The notes below the pieces were generated by a model that was given only the letters and a program-made list of their open reading frames with translations, was not told the DNA's origin and made no database searches. The translations under genes and the position numbers were made by a program. 64,000 bases of DNA, taken from positions 21,266,001 to 21,330,000 of the forward strand of contig CM126218.1 of NCBI GenBank assembly GCA_052327205.1, written 5' to 3'. Source of the stretch: Somniosus microcephalus (Eukaryota). Below are positions 11,465 through 23,000 of the stretch, piece after piece (positions within the stretch are counted from its first letter, which is position 1; every line of letters starts with the position of its first letter).

Positions 11465-13612
11465 AATAGAAGATAGGAGCAGGAGTAGGCCATTCGGCCC
11501 CTCGAGCATGCTCCGGCATTCAATGCAATCATGGCTGATCATCCAAATTCAGTACCCAGTCCCTGCTTTCTCCCCATACCCCTTGATCCCTTTAGCCTTA
11601 AGAAATATATCCAACTCCTTCTTGAATATATTTAATGTATTGGCCTCTACTGCCTTCTGTGGTAGAGAATTCCACAGGTTCACCACTCTCTGGGTGAAGA
11701 AATTCCTCCTCATTTCTGTCCTAAATGGCTTACCCCTTATCCTTAGACTGTGACCCCTGGTTCTGGACTCCCCGACCATCGGGAACATTCTTCCTGCATC
11801 TAGTCTGTCCAGTCCTGTCAGAATTTTATAAGTTTCAATGAGATCCCCTCTCATTCTTCTAAACTCCAGCGAGTACAAGCCCAATCGACCCAATCTCTCC
11901 TCATACATCATTCCTGCCATCCCAGGTATCAGCCTGGTGAATCTTCGCTGAACTCCTTCCATGGCAAGAACATCCTTCCTCAGATAAGGCGACCAAAACT
12001 GCACACAATACTCAAGAAGTGGTCTCACCAAGGCCCTGTACAACTGCAGCAAGACATCCTTGTTCCTGTACTCAAACCCTCTCGCTACGAAGGCCAACAT
12101 GCCATTTGCCTTCTTAACCGCCTGCTGTACTGCATGCTTACCTTCAGCGACTGGTGCACAAGGACACCCAGGTCTCGTTGCACTTCCCCTTTTCCCAATC
12201 TATTGCCATTCAGATAATAATCTGCCTTCCTATTTTTGCCACCAAAGTGGATAACTTCACATTTATCCCTGTTATATTGCATCTGCCATGCTTTTGCCCA
12301 ATCACTCAACCTGTCCAAATCATCCTGGAGTTTCTTGGCATCCTCCTCACAGTACACACGCCCACCCATCTTTGTGTCATCTGCAAATTTGGAGATATTA
12401 CATCTAGTTCCCTTGGCTAGATCATTAATATATATTGTGAATAGCTGGGGCCCAAGGACCGATCCCTGCGGTACCCCACCAGTCACTGCCTGCCACTCAG
12501 AAAAAGACCCGTTTATTCCAACTCTTTGCTTTCTGTCTGCCAACCAGTTCTCTATCCAAGTCAATACCTTACCCCCAATCCCATGTACCTTAACTTTACA
12601 CGCTAATCTCTTATGCGGGACCTTATCGAAAGCCTTCTGAAAGTCCAAATACACCACATCCACTGGTTCACCCTTACCTATTTTAACAGTTACATCCTCA
12701 AAAAATTCCAGTAGATTGGTCAAGCACAATTTACCTTTTGTAAATCCATGCTGACTTTGTCCGATCCTGTCACTGTTTTCCAAGTGCTCTGCTATTACAT
12801 CTTTTATAATGGACTCTAGCATTTTCCCCACTACCGATGTCAGGCTTACCGGTCTGTAATTCCCCGTTTTCTCTCTACCACCTTTTTTGAATAGTGGGGT
12901 AACATTAGCTACCCTCCAATCCATGGGTACTGTTCCATATTCCATCGAATGCTGGAAGATGATCAGCAAAGCATCAACTATTTCCAGGGCCACTTCCTTA
13001 AGTACCCTAGGATGTAGATTATCAGGCCCGAGGGATTTATTGTCCTTCAATCCCATCAATTTCCCTAACACCATTTCCCGACAAATACTGATTTCTTTCA
13101 GTTCCTCCCTTTCATCAGACCCTATGTTCCCCGACAGCTCTGGGAGGCTATTTGTGTCCTCATTTGTGAAGACAGAACCAAAATATGTATTTAATTGGTC
13201 CGCCATTTCTTTGTTCCCCATTATAAATTCCCCTGATTCTGACTGCAAGGGACCTACGCTTGACTTCACCAATCCTTTTTCTCTTCACATATCTATAAAA
13301 GCTTTTACAGTCAGTTTTTATGTTCCCTGAAAGCTTACTCTCATATTCTATTTTCCCTTTCTTAATTAATCCCTTTGTCCTCCTTTGTTGAATCCTAAAC
13401 TGCCCCCAATCCTCAGGTTTACTGCTTTTTCTGGCCAATTTATATGTCCTCTCCTTGGATCTTATGCTATCCCTAATTTCCCTTGTTAGCCACTGTTGAG
13501 TCACCTTTTTTGTTTTATTTTTATGCCAAACTGGGATGAACAAATTCTGTAGTTCATCCATGCGGTCTTTGAATGTTTGCCATTGCCTATCCACCATCAA
13601 CCCTTTGAGGAA
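11465..13612 (-). mobile_element. CR1 LINE, 5'-truncated, frameshifted ORF2
   Basis: RT motifs [36 protein letters not shown] and FADDTK are spread over three ORF pieces. CR1 3' tail ATAGAAGATAGGAGCAGGAGTAGGCCATTCGGCCC. Confidence 0.93.
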
Positions 13613-14439
13613 TACCAGGAAGCAAAGCCACACATGCTGCTTCTCCTCCAGATAGTGTTAACAAGTGAAAGCCTGTTCCTTGCGGGGTTAGCCATCATTT
13701 GCTGAACTTGACTGTTGGAGCAGGCGCTCGGCCTGGAAGGAACTCAACCCGCCCGACCGTCTCTCAGCACAATTTCTCCACTCTCCTGGTGAGTTCCAGG
13801 GTCAAATTCATGACATCTCTCTCCTGCTTCTAGATGTATCCAGCTGAACCATGTTATGCCACCTAACATACAACAACAACATTGGTAATTCCACTTGTGT
13901 CAGCAGAGTGACACATGCATGACAAGATAGTTGGGCACTAGCGCTAGCATGGGGGATGTACACATAATGAGATAGCTTACCACCAACAAGGGGATGTATT
14001 CAGTGTGAAATACACCATCACTGGGACCAAGGGGATTTCACTCAACAAGTTATCTTACCATTGACAATTTTGCAATAGACATTATTTTACTACCCAGGGA
14101 ACATAGGTGATATGAGATCTCCTAAAAGGTAAGGTATCATAGCTGCCATCAGAAGCAAATGTATAACTCAGTACTGCAATGATAAAGCACTTGTTTCCTG
14201 GGTCACAAGTTGCTAATTCTAGTTTAGAAAGAGGAAAGCGACTCATTACCCACCTGTGACATGTAGGCTTAGCTAGAACATGAGCAAGCCATCGTGACTT
14301 TGGAAGAAATTCATAAGGGTTCAGATAGTAGATCCCTACCTTTTCTGCCCACTGCCCTATTCTTGAAACTGGATTTCATCTCTTTTCCATGTGTTCTTTT
14401 GGATAGATGCACTAGTGAGAAGAAGGAGGTGTCAGAATG

Positions 14440-14810
14440 CATCAACACATCTCTACATCTCTGAAATTTAGGCTTGATTCCAGCCCTAACTCATGGGATG
14501 AAAGTCTATTTCCTTTGGCTGCATGGGGCCTACATGAAATGAGTTTGGGCAGTCTCATCCCAGTTCTGAGTGGACACTACACTGCAGGATAAAATTATTT
14601 CAATTTAGCACAGAGAGGCTGCAGAACAGTGTACTCTACTGAAGTTGGAGTGAAGGCACATTGTCAGAACTGAATAGACTGAGGGTTACTCTGGATTTGG
14701 CCATATTATACCTCATTTGAGAGTACTCAACACTTGCCTGGTTCTGCAGAATAGAAAAGTGCTCAATTCCCTGACACATGGATGAGCACATCCAAATTCA
14801 CAATAATAAA
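14440..14810 (+). mobile_element. Ancient LF-SINE-like element
   Basis: Collinear resemblance to the LF-SINE consensus as recalled: TTCCAGCCC...GGCCTACATGAAATGAGTTTGGGCAGTCTCATCCCAGTTCTGAGTGGACAC...AGGCACATTG...GAGCAC..AAATTCAC. Not verified by alignment. Confidence 0.6.
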
Positions 14811-16217
14811 AATACAGCTTACAGGAAAAATGGACACGGCTGCACTTCATCACGTTATCCTTTATTGCATTTGTTATAATTTGGGGTTTTAAAGGAACAT
14901 CCTATCTTCCAGAAGTTTCACAGCCTTTCCTATGCAGTGGACCTTGTCCCCTACAATCTGGAAGCTGTGCCGTTATGTTGCCTACCCTTGTGACTGGGAA
15001 GTGGCCCAGGGCTGACAATCACATTAGTTGCAGCTAACGGAGCAAGGAAAATGACTTGTCCTGCTTTCAATCAATTTTGTATGGCACAATAACAAAGCAA
15101 AGACCACATATTTTACAGACTAAAAATTAACTTCAGTGTTTATTTACAAAATAAAGCACACAGCGAATCCTCAGAACTGGAACAGTACAACAATCAATCA
15201 TAAATCTTGTGTGCAAGCGATTAATTTACCATCAAAGGTTCTCCTTCTGGAATTAGCTCACAAGAAGTTCATCAAAACCCTAACATGGGAAGAGGGAGGT
15301 ACGTGGGGTCTCTTTGCTCTCAAGTAATGGTGATGGGAGACTGGAACAGAGCCAATCCCCTGTGGCAAGCAGTTACCCAATACTTGAGCCAGGCAAGTTC
15401 AGAATCTTCCCACATGGCTCCAGATAACCCTGAAAGCCAATGCACTAACAGGTAGGGTTGATTCTAGCCAGGCGAGCAGCTACCAGTCGTTTGAAGGGGT
15501 TGAACTCTAGTAGTAGCTCTATGGACCCTTGACGTTGCCTAAGTCTTTACTTTTGCCAAACTACATCCATGTTCTCTGGGCTTAGTTAAGTGGGGGAGGG
15601 GGGATGCAGACACCAAGGACTAGGCCTTCTGACCCTCGATTGCTGGCTTGCCAGTGGATATGGAGTAAATGGGGCCAGAAGTATGCTCGGAACATGCTCT
15701 GTCATGACTTTTTGCCAGAGGCCGAGACTAGCAACATAAAATGCACTCACCCGTATCGAGCCGGGCACAGGCAAACACGTTACAATGAAAGAATCACGAT
15801 CTCCACCAAGTTGCCCACCATTTGCCCTGTTTGATAGCCAGATGCCAGGACTGCCATGGCATTCAGGATTTAAAGGTTGACAAAGGGGGGAGGCCTTAGA
15901 TCTTTTTCCCTGGATGGGCCTATATAATCACTCTCAGGGCATTGCCAGGCACAGGTCCCAAAAGCAGCTTTAAAAATGTTGACAAAAAAATAAGTGCAGA
16001 ATTTTCAGGCAGCTGAGAGTTTGCCTCTTCCTCTCTCTCTGTGGCAGGGCTAGCATGTTTCCCCCCCCCCCCAGCAGAGGCCAGAATGCAAAAGACCATG
16101 GAGCCAGAAAGTAGATCGTGGTGAGGGGACCAGGCAGAGATCCCATCACGCTGAAGGTGCCCCCCTCCCCAGTTGTAAAGCCTTGGCCTATAACAAGCAA
16201 ATGGAAACTACCTATAA

Positions 16218-16540
16218 GAAAGAAAGACCATATATATGTCTTACATGACCTCAGGATGTCTCAATGCTCTTCATAGCCAATGAAGTGCCTTTGAAGTGTA
16301 GTCAGTGTCATAATGTAGGGAAAAGTGACAGACAATTTGTGCACAGCAAGCTCCCACAGACAGCACTGAGATAAATGAACAGATCATCTGTTTTAGTGAT
16401 GTTAGTTGAGGGATAAATGTTGGTCAGGACACTGGGGAGAACTCTTCGAAGTAGAACCATGGGACCATTTGCATTCACCTGAGAGGGCAGACGGGGCCTC
16501 GGCTTTACACTTTATCTGAAAGACGGCACCTCTGACAGAC
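16218..16540 (-). mobile_element. Deu-domain (SacSINE-like) SINE, 3' part
   Basis: Reverse complement shows GAGGCCCCGTCTGCCCTCTCAGGTG...GTGGGAGCTTGCTGTGCACAAATTG...TGACTACACTTCAAAGGCACTTCATTGGCTATG...TCTTTCTTTCTT. Confidence 0.72.
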
Positions 16541-16920
16541 ACCTTCATGTCTATAGCAAGAGAAATGTCAACATGATGTCATCCAACAAAAGCAGCGGCT
16601 GACACCTGGATTATCTCACGTACCATATCAAAGCATACGGTGTTACGGTGGTTAATCTGAGCGATGTCTGTATTTTATCCACACCCACTCTTTCACCCAG
16701 ATCAACCATTAGAGGCAAAGGCTGAAAAATGCATAGTAAGTCAGTCAGAATCTGTAAGAGGACAGGCTAATGTTTCAGGAATAGTCATTAGTCAGCACTG
16801 AAGACAAGTAAACTCCTTAGAACGGTTGGGGAAAAAAAGGCGGTGTTGGGTTTGGGAAGAAAGAGCAGATCCTCCAATCACAGAGAGGAAGTTAAAGGAT
16901 TGAATGATGATTCCGTAATT

Positions 16921-17114
16921 AGGGGTATACACACTGGTGGTCTGCATTAGCATGGCGAAACGGGCTCATAGTGAATTGGCAGCCTATTATACACCCACCC
17001 TCACCCCCCCCCCCCGATTGACTTCAATGGGAAAGAACATTGGGTGTTGTGTATAAAGGCTCCTGATTCGCTATGAGCCCATTTCACGCTTCTGACGCTG
17101 ACCAATTTCACCTC
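16921..17114. mobile_element. Palindromic MITE remnant (Harbinger-like)
   Basis: Inverted arms GCGAAACGGGCTCATAGTGAAT / ATTCGCTATGAGCCCATTTCACGC and TTATACACCC / GGGTGTTGTGTATAA around a central ATTGACTTCAAT palindrome. Confidence 0.55.
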
Positions 17115-17182
17115 CATTGTTTCTTCCCCAGAGTCCCCTTTCCCCCAAATCTACTGAGGAGGTCACTTGCCTCTCAGTATAT

Positions 17183-17315
17183 GGTTCTGATGAAGGGTTG
17201 TATCCGAAACATTAACCTGTCTTTTCTCCTTACAGATGTTGGCTGGCCTGCTGTGTGTCTCCAGTATTTTCTATTTCTCTTTCAGATTTCCAGCATGTGC
17301 ATTTTTTGTTTCTTT
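17183..17315 (+). mobile_element. Penelope-like pLTR fragment with a hammerhead-like core
   Basis: GGTT-CTGATGA-AGGGT..ATCC-GAAAC-ATT-AACC followed by ...CAGATGTTGGCTGGCCTGCTGTG...CAGATTTCCAGCA. Homologous to 38442-38573. Confidence 0.7.
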
Positions 17316-17632
17316 TAACAAGAATCTGTTCATTGGTATTCAGGGTGCCTTGGTTTTAAAAAGACAGAACGGAACATAATTTGACCATTGTTACATTAGA
17401 TTTTTTAAAAATATGTACAAAATCCTAACAGGACATAATTCCAGTATTTGTCACAATGTTACCGCAACAAGGCAGCTCACAACTCACAAGTAGAATCTCC
17501 TTGCCATTTCAAATGATACTGGATTTGATGTAACACACTTTACAAAGTCTGTTCCGCATCAACATTAAACATGTTGCCAGTACTTGGACATTAATTAAGA
17601 GTGTGTTGCACACGCCTGCTGTACTTTCAAGT

Positions 17633-17847
17633 GTCAGCCATGGCTCAGTTGGTAACACTCTCGCCTCGGAGTCAGAAGGTTGTGGGTTCAGGTCCCACTC
17701 CAGAGACTTGAGCGTAAAATCCAGGACGACACTCCAGTGCACTACTGAGGGAGTGCTGCACTGTCAGAGGTGCTGGCTTTCATATGAAACATTAAACCGA
17801 GGCCCCGTCTGCTCTCTCAGATGGATGTAAAAGATCCCATGGCACTA
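17633..17847 (+). mobile_element. tRNA-derived SINE (SacSINE/Deu-type), 5' part
   Basis: Pol III A-box TGGCTCAGTTGG and B-box GGTTCAGGTCC, followed by the conserved body TGAGGGAGTGCTGCACTGTCAGAGGTG...AAACCGAGGCCCCGTCTG. Confidence 0.8.
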
Positions 17848-18699
17848 AATGACATCCTTTTCTGACTGTGACAAAGGTAAACTGTCCTTCTCGACCTGTC
17901 TGCAGCCTTTGACATGGTTGACCACCCCATCCTCCTCCAACGCCTCTCCTCCATTGTCCAGCTGGGTGAGACTGCACTAGCCTATCTCAGGACTGTTGGC
18001 TCATTCCAATATCACCCTGGTAGCTGCAGTATTACAAACTGAGTTGGTAACTCAGGGGCATAAATCTAAGATCAAAACAAAAAGACTGAAGGGTGAAGTT
18101 GGGAGGTTTAGACCCACAGATGGTTGCTATGACATAGAAGGCCTTAGCAGAAACAGTGGTGGAAGCAGAAGTAGTAATAACTTTTAAAAAAGGGAAGTAG
18201 ATAAACATTTGGAAAAGGGAAAGGAAAGAGAATGGGACTAAGTGGATAGCTTTTACAGAGAGCCAGACCAGTGTGATATTAGAATGAGTTGACAGTTCTG
18301 AGATATCCTATAGGCACCACACTCAGATCTGGGGAAAGGACAGCACACATGTGCAGTGCTGTCTTACTGTGTAAAATTCTATGATTGGATAAAATGCACA
18401 GATATAGGGGAAAAGATGCACTTTTTGAATGGTGACATTTTTAAGGTCTAGTCTAACAGGACATGGGAGTGATAATACTGTGACAAAAATTGGAATTACG
18501 TCTTGTTATGAGCTTGTGTATGTGTATATATAGATTTTAAAAATGTAACAAAGTCAGATTATGTTTTGTTCTGTCTTTTGAAAACCAGGGTGCCCACTGG
18601 TACCCTGAATACCAATCAAGGGATTCTTGTGAAAAGAAAAAAACGTCAATATTTCCACCCGTGGGAGGAAACCAAAACTAGGGACCATAAATATAACAC

Positions 18700-19168
18700 A
18701 AAAGCAAAATACAGAAAACTTTCGATTTACCGGCACCTAAATAACCGGAAATCTCGGTTAACCGGCAAAATTCAGGAGTAGGTTCAGATAAGTTTTACTT
18801 CATATTACTTGCCTTCCTCAATCTGTTACTGTGCAATTGGGTGTGGCTGCAGCTGTTGCTAAGCTACAGAGACGCTTGGAACTTGTGGCCATTGTTCTGC
18901 ACCTGTTGCTAAGCAACAGGGTTTGTTGCTTTATACGGAGCTCTCAGCTCTCCGTATCTTTTACTATAGCGTTCGGTTATCCGGATTTTTTGATGAACCG
19001 GCACCACGTTGGTCCCGTCGGTGCCGGATTTAAAAAAGTTTCCTGTACTGCGGATGCTGGAAATCTGAAATAAAAATAGAATATGCTGGAAATGCTCAGC
19101 AGGTCAGGCAGCATCTGTGGAACAGAAACAGAGTTAATGTTTCAGGTCAATGACCTTTCATCAGAACT
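18700..19168 (-). mobile_element. Penelope-like pLTR fragment with a hammerhead-like core, split by the MITE
   Basis: Reverse complement reads AGTT-CTGATGA-AAGGTC ATT GACCT-GAAAC-ATT-AACT then ...CAGATGCTGCCTGACCTGCTGAGCATTTCCAGCA. Confidence 0.72.
18712..19045. mobile_element. Tc1/mariner (Tigger/pogo-like) MITE inserted in a Penelope pLTR
   Basis: TIRs CAGAAAACTTT..TTACCGGCAC / GTGCCGGATTT..AAAGTTTCCTG, TA TSD (18710-11, 19046-47). Removing it restores the pLTR end AAAAGCAAAATACTGCGGATGCTGGAAATCTG. Confidence 0.8.
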
Positions 19169-19199
19169 GCTATAAATATAAGACAGACACTAATAAATC

Positions 19200-19450
19200 C
19201 ATTAGGGGATTCAGGAGAAACTTCTTTACCGAAAAAGTGGTAAGGATGTGGATGTGGAGTAGTTGAGGCAAATCGCATAGATACATTTAAGGGGAAGCTA
19301 GATAAACACATAGGGCAGAAAGGAAAAGAAGGATGTGCTGATAGGATTAGATGACGAGGGGTGGGAGGAGGCTCGTGTGGAGCATAAACACCGCCATGGA
19401 CCAGTTGGGCCGAATGGCCTGTTTCTGTGCTGTCGACTCTAGGTAATATA
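19200..19450 (+). mobile_element. CR1 LINE 3' end fragment
   Basis: AGGAGAAACTTCTTTAC...ACATTTAAGGGGAAGCTAGATAAACAC...GGGCCGAATGGCCTGTTTCTGTGCTG. A near-identical piece lies at ~46460-46622. Confidence 0.7.
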
Positions 19451-19687
19451 ATATAACCCTTCATCAGAACCTTCCAGAGAAGAAGAGTTCTCTGTGGAGC
19501 AGCAGAAAAGTTTGAAATCTGTAGGCAGAATTTGAAAATTTGGAGCAATTTTCTTCTTTGTAACCAATCTAATTTTGGGCCAGCAATAAGTTCTGTTTGT
19601 TTGGAGTGTCCATGGTAACAGATAGCTTAGCCTGCAGTCTCAGCACTTAATCAATTTAAGAGCTGTTTATTACCTCATATACAACCA

Positions 19688-20045
19688 AATCACAGAATCA
19701 CAGAAACCCCACAGTGCAGATAGAGGCCATTTCGGCCCATCGAGCCTGCACCGACACATATCCCACCCAATCCCCGTAACCCCTACACCAACACATATCC
19801 CACCCTATCCCTGTAACCCCACGTATTTAATCCCCCTAACACTAAGGGTCAATTTATCATAGCCAATCAACCTAACCGCGCACATCTTTGGACTGTGGGA
19901 GGAAACCGGAGCACCCGGAGAAAACCCACGCAAACACGGGGAGAATGTGCAAACTCCACACAGACAGTCGCCCGAGGCCGGATTCGAACCCGGGTCTCTG
20001 GCGCTGTGAGGCAACAGTGCTAACCACTATGCCACCGTGCTGCCC
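19688..20045 (-). mobile_element. HE1 / V-SINE (elasmobranch tRNA-derived SINE), full length
   Basis: Head GGGCAGCACGGTGGCATAGTGGTTAGCAC (A-box) and GGTTCGAATCC (B-box). V-domain GTGTGGAGTTTGCACATTCTCCCCGTG...CTCCGGTTTCCTCCCACAGTCCAAAGATG. CR1-like tail GGGCCGAAATGGCC..(TCTGTGAT)n. Confidence 0.88.
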
Positions 20046-23000
20046 TTGTATTACTTGTAAATATAAACATTGCTCCGGATTGGCCAAGGATGGTTGAATG
20101 ATTTAATATAACGCCTTCTCCTGTACTGATTGACTGGCAGTTATCAGTGATTTATAAACTAGCATTTCAGATAATGCCCCATTGAATATGTGATGACAGA
20201 AAACTTGAGAAAATTCTTTGCATGCAGAACAAGAATCCAAAAAGTTCTTCTAAAATATTCCATTTTGTTGCGGTTGAATTTAACTGTCAATGTTCAGTAA
20301 ATTACATATTTACACCAAGATCTCCCTCATTATTTAACGGTGCATTCTCTTTGCAAGTTTAGTATCGGTGTGAAGCGGTTACATACGTACTGACACTTAA
20401 CTTGAGGTGTGTGACTTGGGTGCCACGGTCCAAACTGACTTTGAAGTGAAGTGGAGTGAGACTCTCTCTTCCAGGGAGTTTTACTCCGGAGTCAGGTCAG
20501 AATCTGGCTCCAAATAGGCTGAATTAACAGGATGAAACCGCTTCATGCCATATAGTTATAGTGTGAACGCGCCTGGAGATTTTCTGGTATGTAATACCAC
20601 TGAAAATCGCTATCAATGCAACAGTAAGAAACTGGAGATGTCAACGTTATCATTAGGTGCAAGTAGGAAATAAATTGCATTAAAATTACAGGGACAGGGG
20701 TCAGAATTTTAGTACTGCATCTTTGGCCTTATAACTAAAATTTAATTCACTTAGTAAGACCAGGTCTGATAAGTCCCAGCTGTCCACAGAAAGATAAGAG
20801 TTTATAACAGAAGAGAGGAGGTAGAGAGAAACAGGGTAAAATCCTTAACTCACTTTATTCACACAACATTTATCACAGTATCAATTATTCCTTTTTACTA
20901 TTTCCTATACATTAATTGCAAAAAATGAGCTTTTATATTAAGGATACGATACAGTTTCCTTGCATTTAATTGCTGAAGGTGATTAGTTTCCTGTCTGTTT
21001 CTTGGGTCAGGTACAAACATGATTTAGCCCTCAATTACGAAGCTTCTAATGAGATGGTTTAACATTACTCTGGCAGCCATGGGCGAAGGCTGTGAGGTAA
21101 TGGAGAGTATAATTGAAAGAACCACAAATTATCCACCATCATCTGCTACAAATGAGACATCACTGAACAACTACTGCACTGTATCAACAGAAAAGAAGTT
21201 TCAAAATTCGCAAATGGTTCAATTGAGAAAGATGTACGACCTTCATGAAAAAGGGACAGCCATAGTTCCAGTATTTCTGCGGTGTAATTTCACCTCTAAC
21301 ACCACCACTGTGCATGAATTTTCGAGAATGAAAGACTTGTTTATAATCTGTGTGGCTCAGTGCCAATATACTGCAGTTCCTATGGATGTAACTTTTGAAC
21401 ATGTTTACACTTGCCATTTATACATTGTAAAAGAGATTTCTTACAGCTAAACAAGCGCTGCAAATGTTTATTATTTCCTTTCTAAATCAAGTTAGGTCAA
21501 CAAAACTTTTTAGATTTGAGTACTCGGTATTGAGAAACAATTTTCACTAAAGAGATCAAATTCAGGAAAACCATGTCCATCCAAATGAAGTTGGATTGTG
21601 TTGTTCTTGGACGAATAAACGTTGCGGCCTGTGGATGTTTTTTGGAGCCTCCTCAATTATTTATGAAATGCAAGTGATAAAATGTTAATATTGACTTTAT
21701 CTGCATTTGTAGGAATGGCCCAACCTCAGGAACGGTATAATGCATCAATCTGCCAAACAGGGATCCCCATTACACATGGAGGAAATGATACTGCAGATAA
21801 GTACGCTAATCAAGGGGCAGAGGTGAAAAAATGAAGTGCAGAACAAGTCACCACACCAACTTACATTACCTTCACAGGGCTGTTTCACGGTCTTTTACTC
21901 ACCCTGTTGCATGATTTACATTCTGTGTGTGGAATTAAAAAAATATCTGGTCAATTTTGGCTCACAGATTCCTCCTGCACTACACACATTTCCTTACCAA
22001 GAGGATGGGCTGAAGACCAGATCTACCTCAGGCTAGATTTTAGTTAGTTAGAGTCTCTCATGCCTAATGCTCCTGGAGGCAGCCCATTTCTCCCACTGCT
22101 GTCTGTCCAGAGCAAGATATTTGACTCCGATCAGAGTATCACCTTGCCTTGCAACCAACAGATCCTGGTTTTCCACAGCTGATGTTTAGAAAAATAGAAA
22201 CATAGAAGATAGGAGCAGGAGTCAGCCATTCGGCCCCTCGAGCTTGCTCCGCCATTCAATGTGATCATGGCTGATCATCCAAATTCAGTACATTGTCCCT
22301 GCCTTCTCCCCATATCCCTTGATCCCTTTAGCCTTAAGAAATATATCCAACTCCTTCTTGAATATATTTAATGAATTGGCATCTACTGCCTTCTGTGGTA
22401 GAGAATTTCACAGGTTCCCCACTCTCTGGGTGAAAAAGTTCCTCCTCATTTCTCTCCTAAATGGCATACCCTTTATCCTTAGACTGTGACCCCTGGTTCT
22501 GGACTCCCCGACCATCGGGAACATCCTTCCTGCATCTAGTCTGTCCAGTCCTGTCAGAATTTTATAAGTTTCAATGAGATCCCCTCTCATTCTTCTAAAC
22601 TCCAGAGAGTACAAGCCCAATCGACCCAATCTCTCCTCATATGTCATTCCTGCCATCCCAGGTATCAGCCTGGTGAATCTTCGCTGAACTCCTTCCATGG
22701 CAAGAACATCCTTCCTCAGATAAGGCGACCAAAACTGCACACAATACTCAAGATGTGGTCTCACCAAGGCCCTGTACAACTGCAGCAAGACATCCTTGTT
22801 CCTGTACTCAAAGCCTCTCGCTACGAAGGCCAACATACCATTTGCCTTCTTAACTGCCTGCTGCACCTGCATGCTTACCTTCAGCGACTGGTGCACAAGG
22901 ACACCCAGGTCTCATTGCACTTCCCCTTCGCCCAATCTATTGCCTTTCAGATAATAATCTGCCTTCCTGTTTTTGCCACCAAAGTGGATAACTTCACATT

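Noticed and set aside
12236-13330. Recurrent plus-strand ORFs antisense to CR1 RT (also 22973-24121 and 26578-27594)
   Set aside because: Shadow ORFs on the antisense strand of conserved RT codons, repeated only because the LINEs are homologous.
17633-17705. tRNA genes at 17633-17705 and ~19970-20045
   Set aside because: The A/B boxes are SINE heads that run directly into SINE bodies. No complete cloverleaf is evident.
21715-21834. Peptide ...HGGNDTADKYANQGAEVKK* resembling the RNase H1 C-terminal motif
   Set aside because: The preceding HVxGH motif is missing and no other RNase H exons were found. Likely chance.
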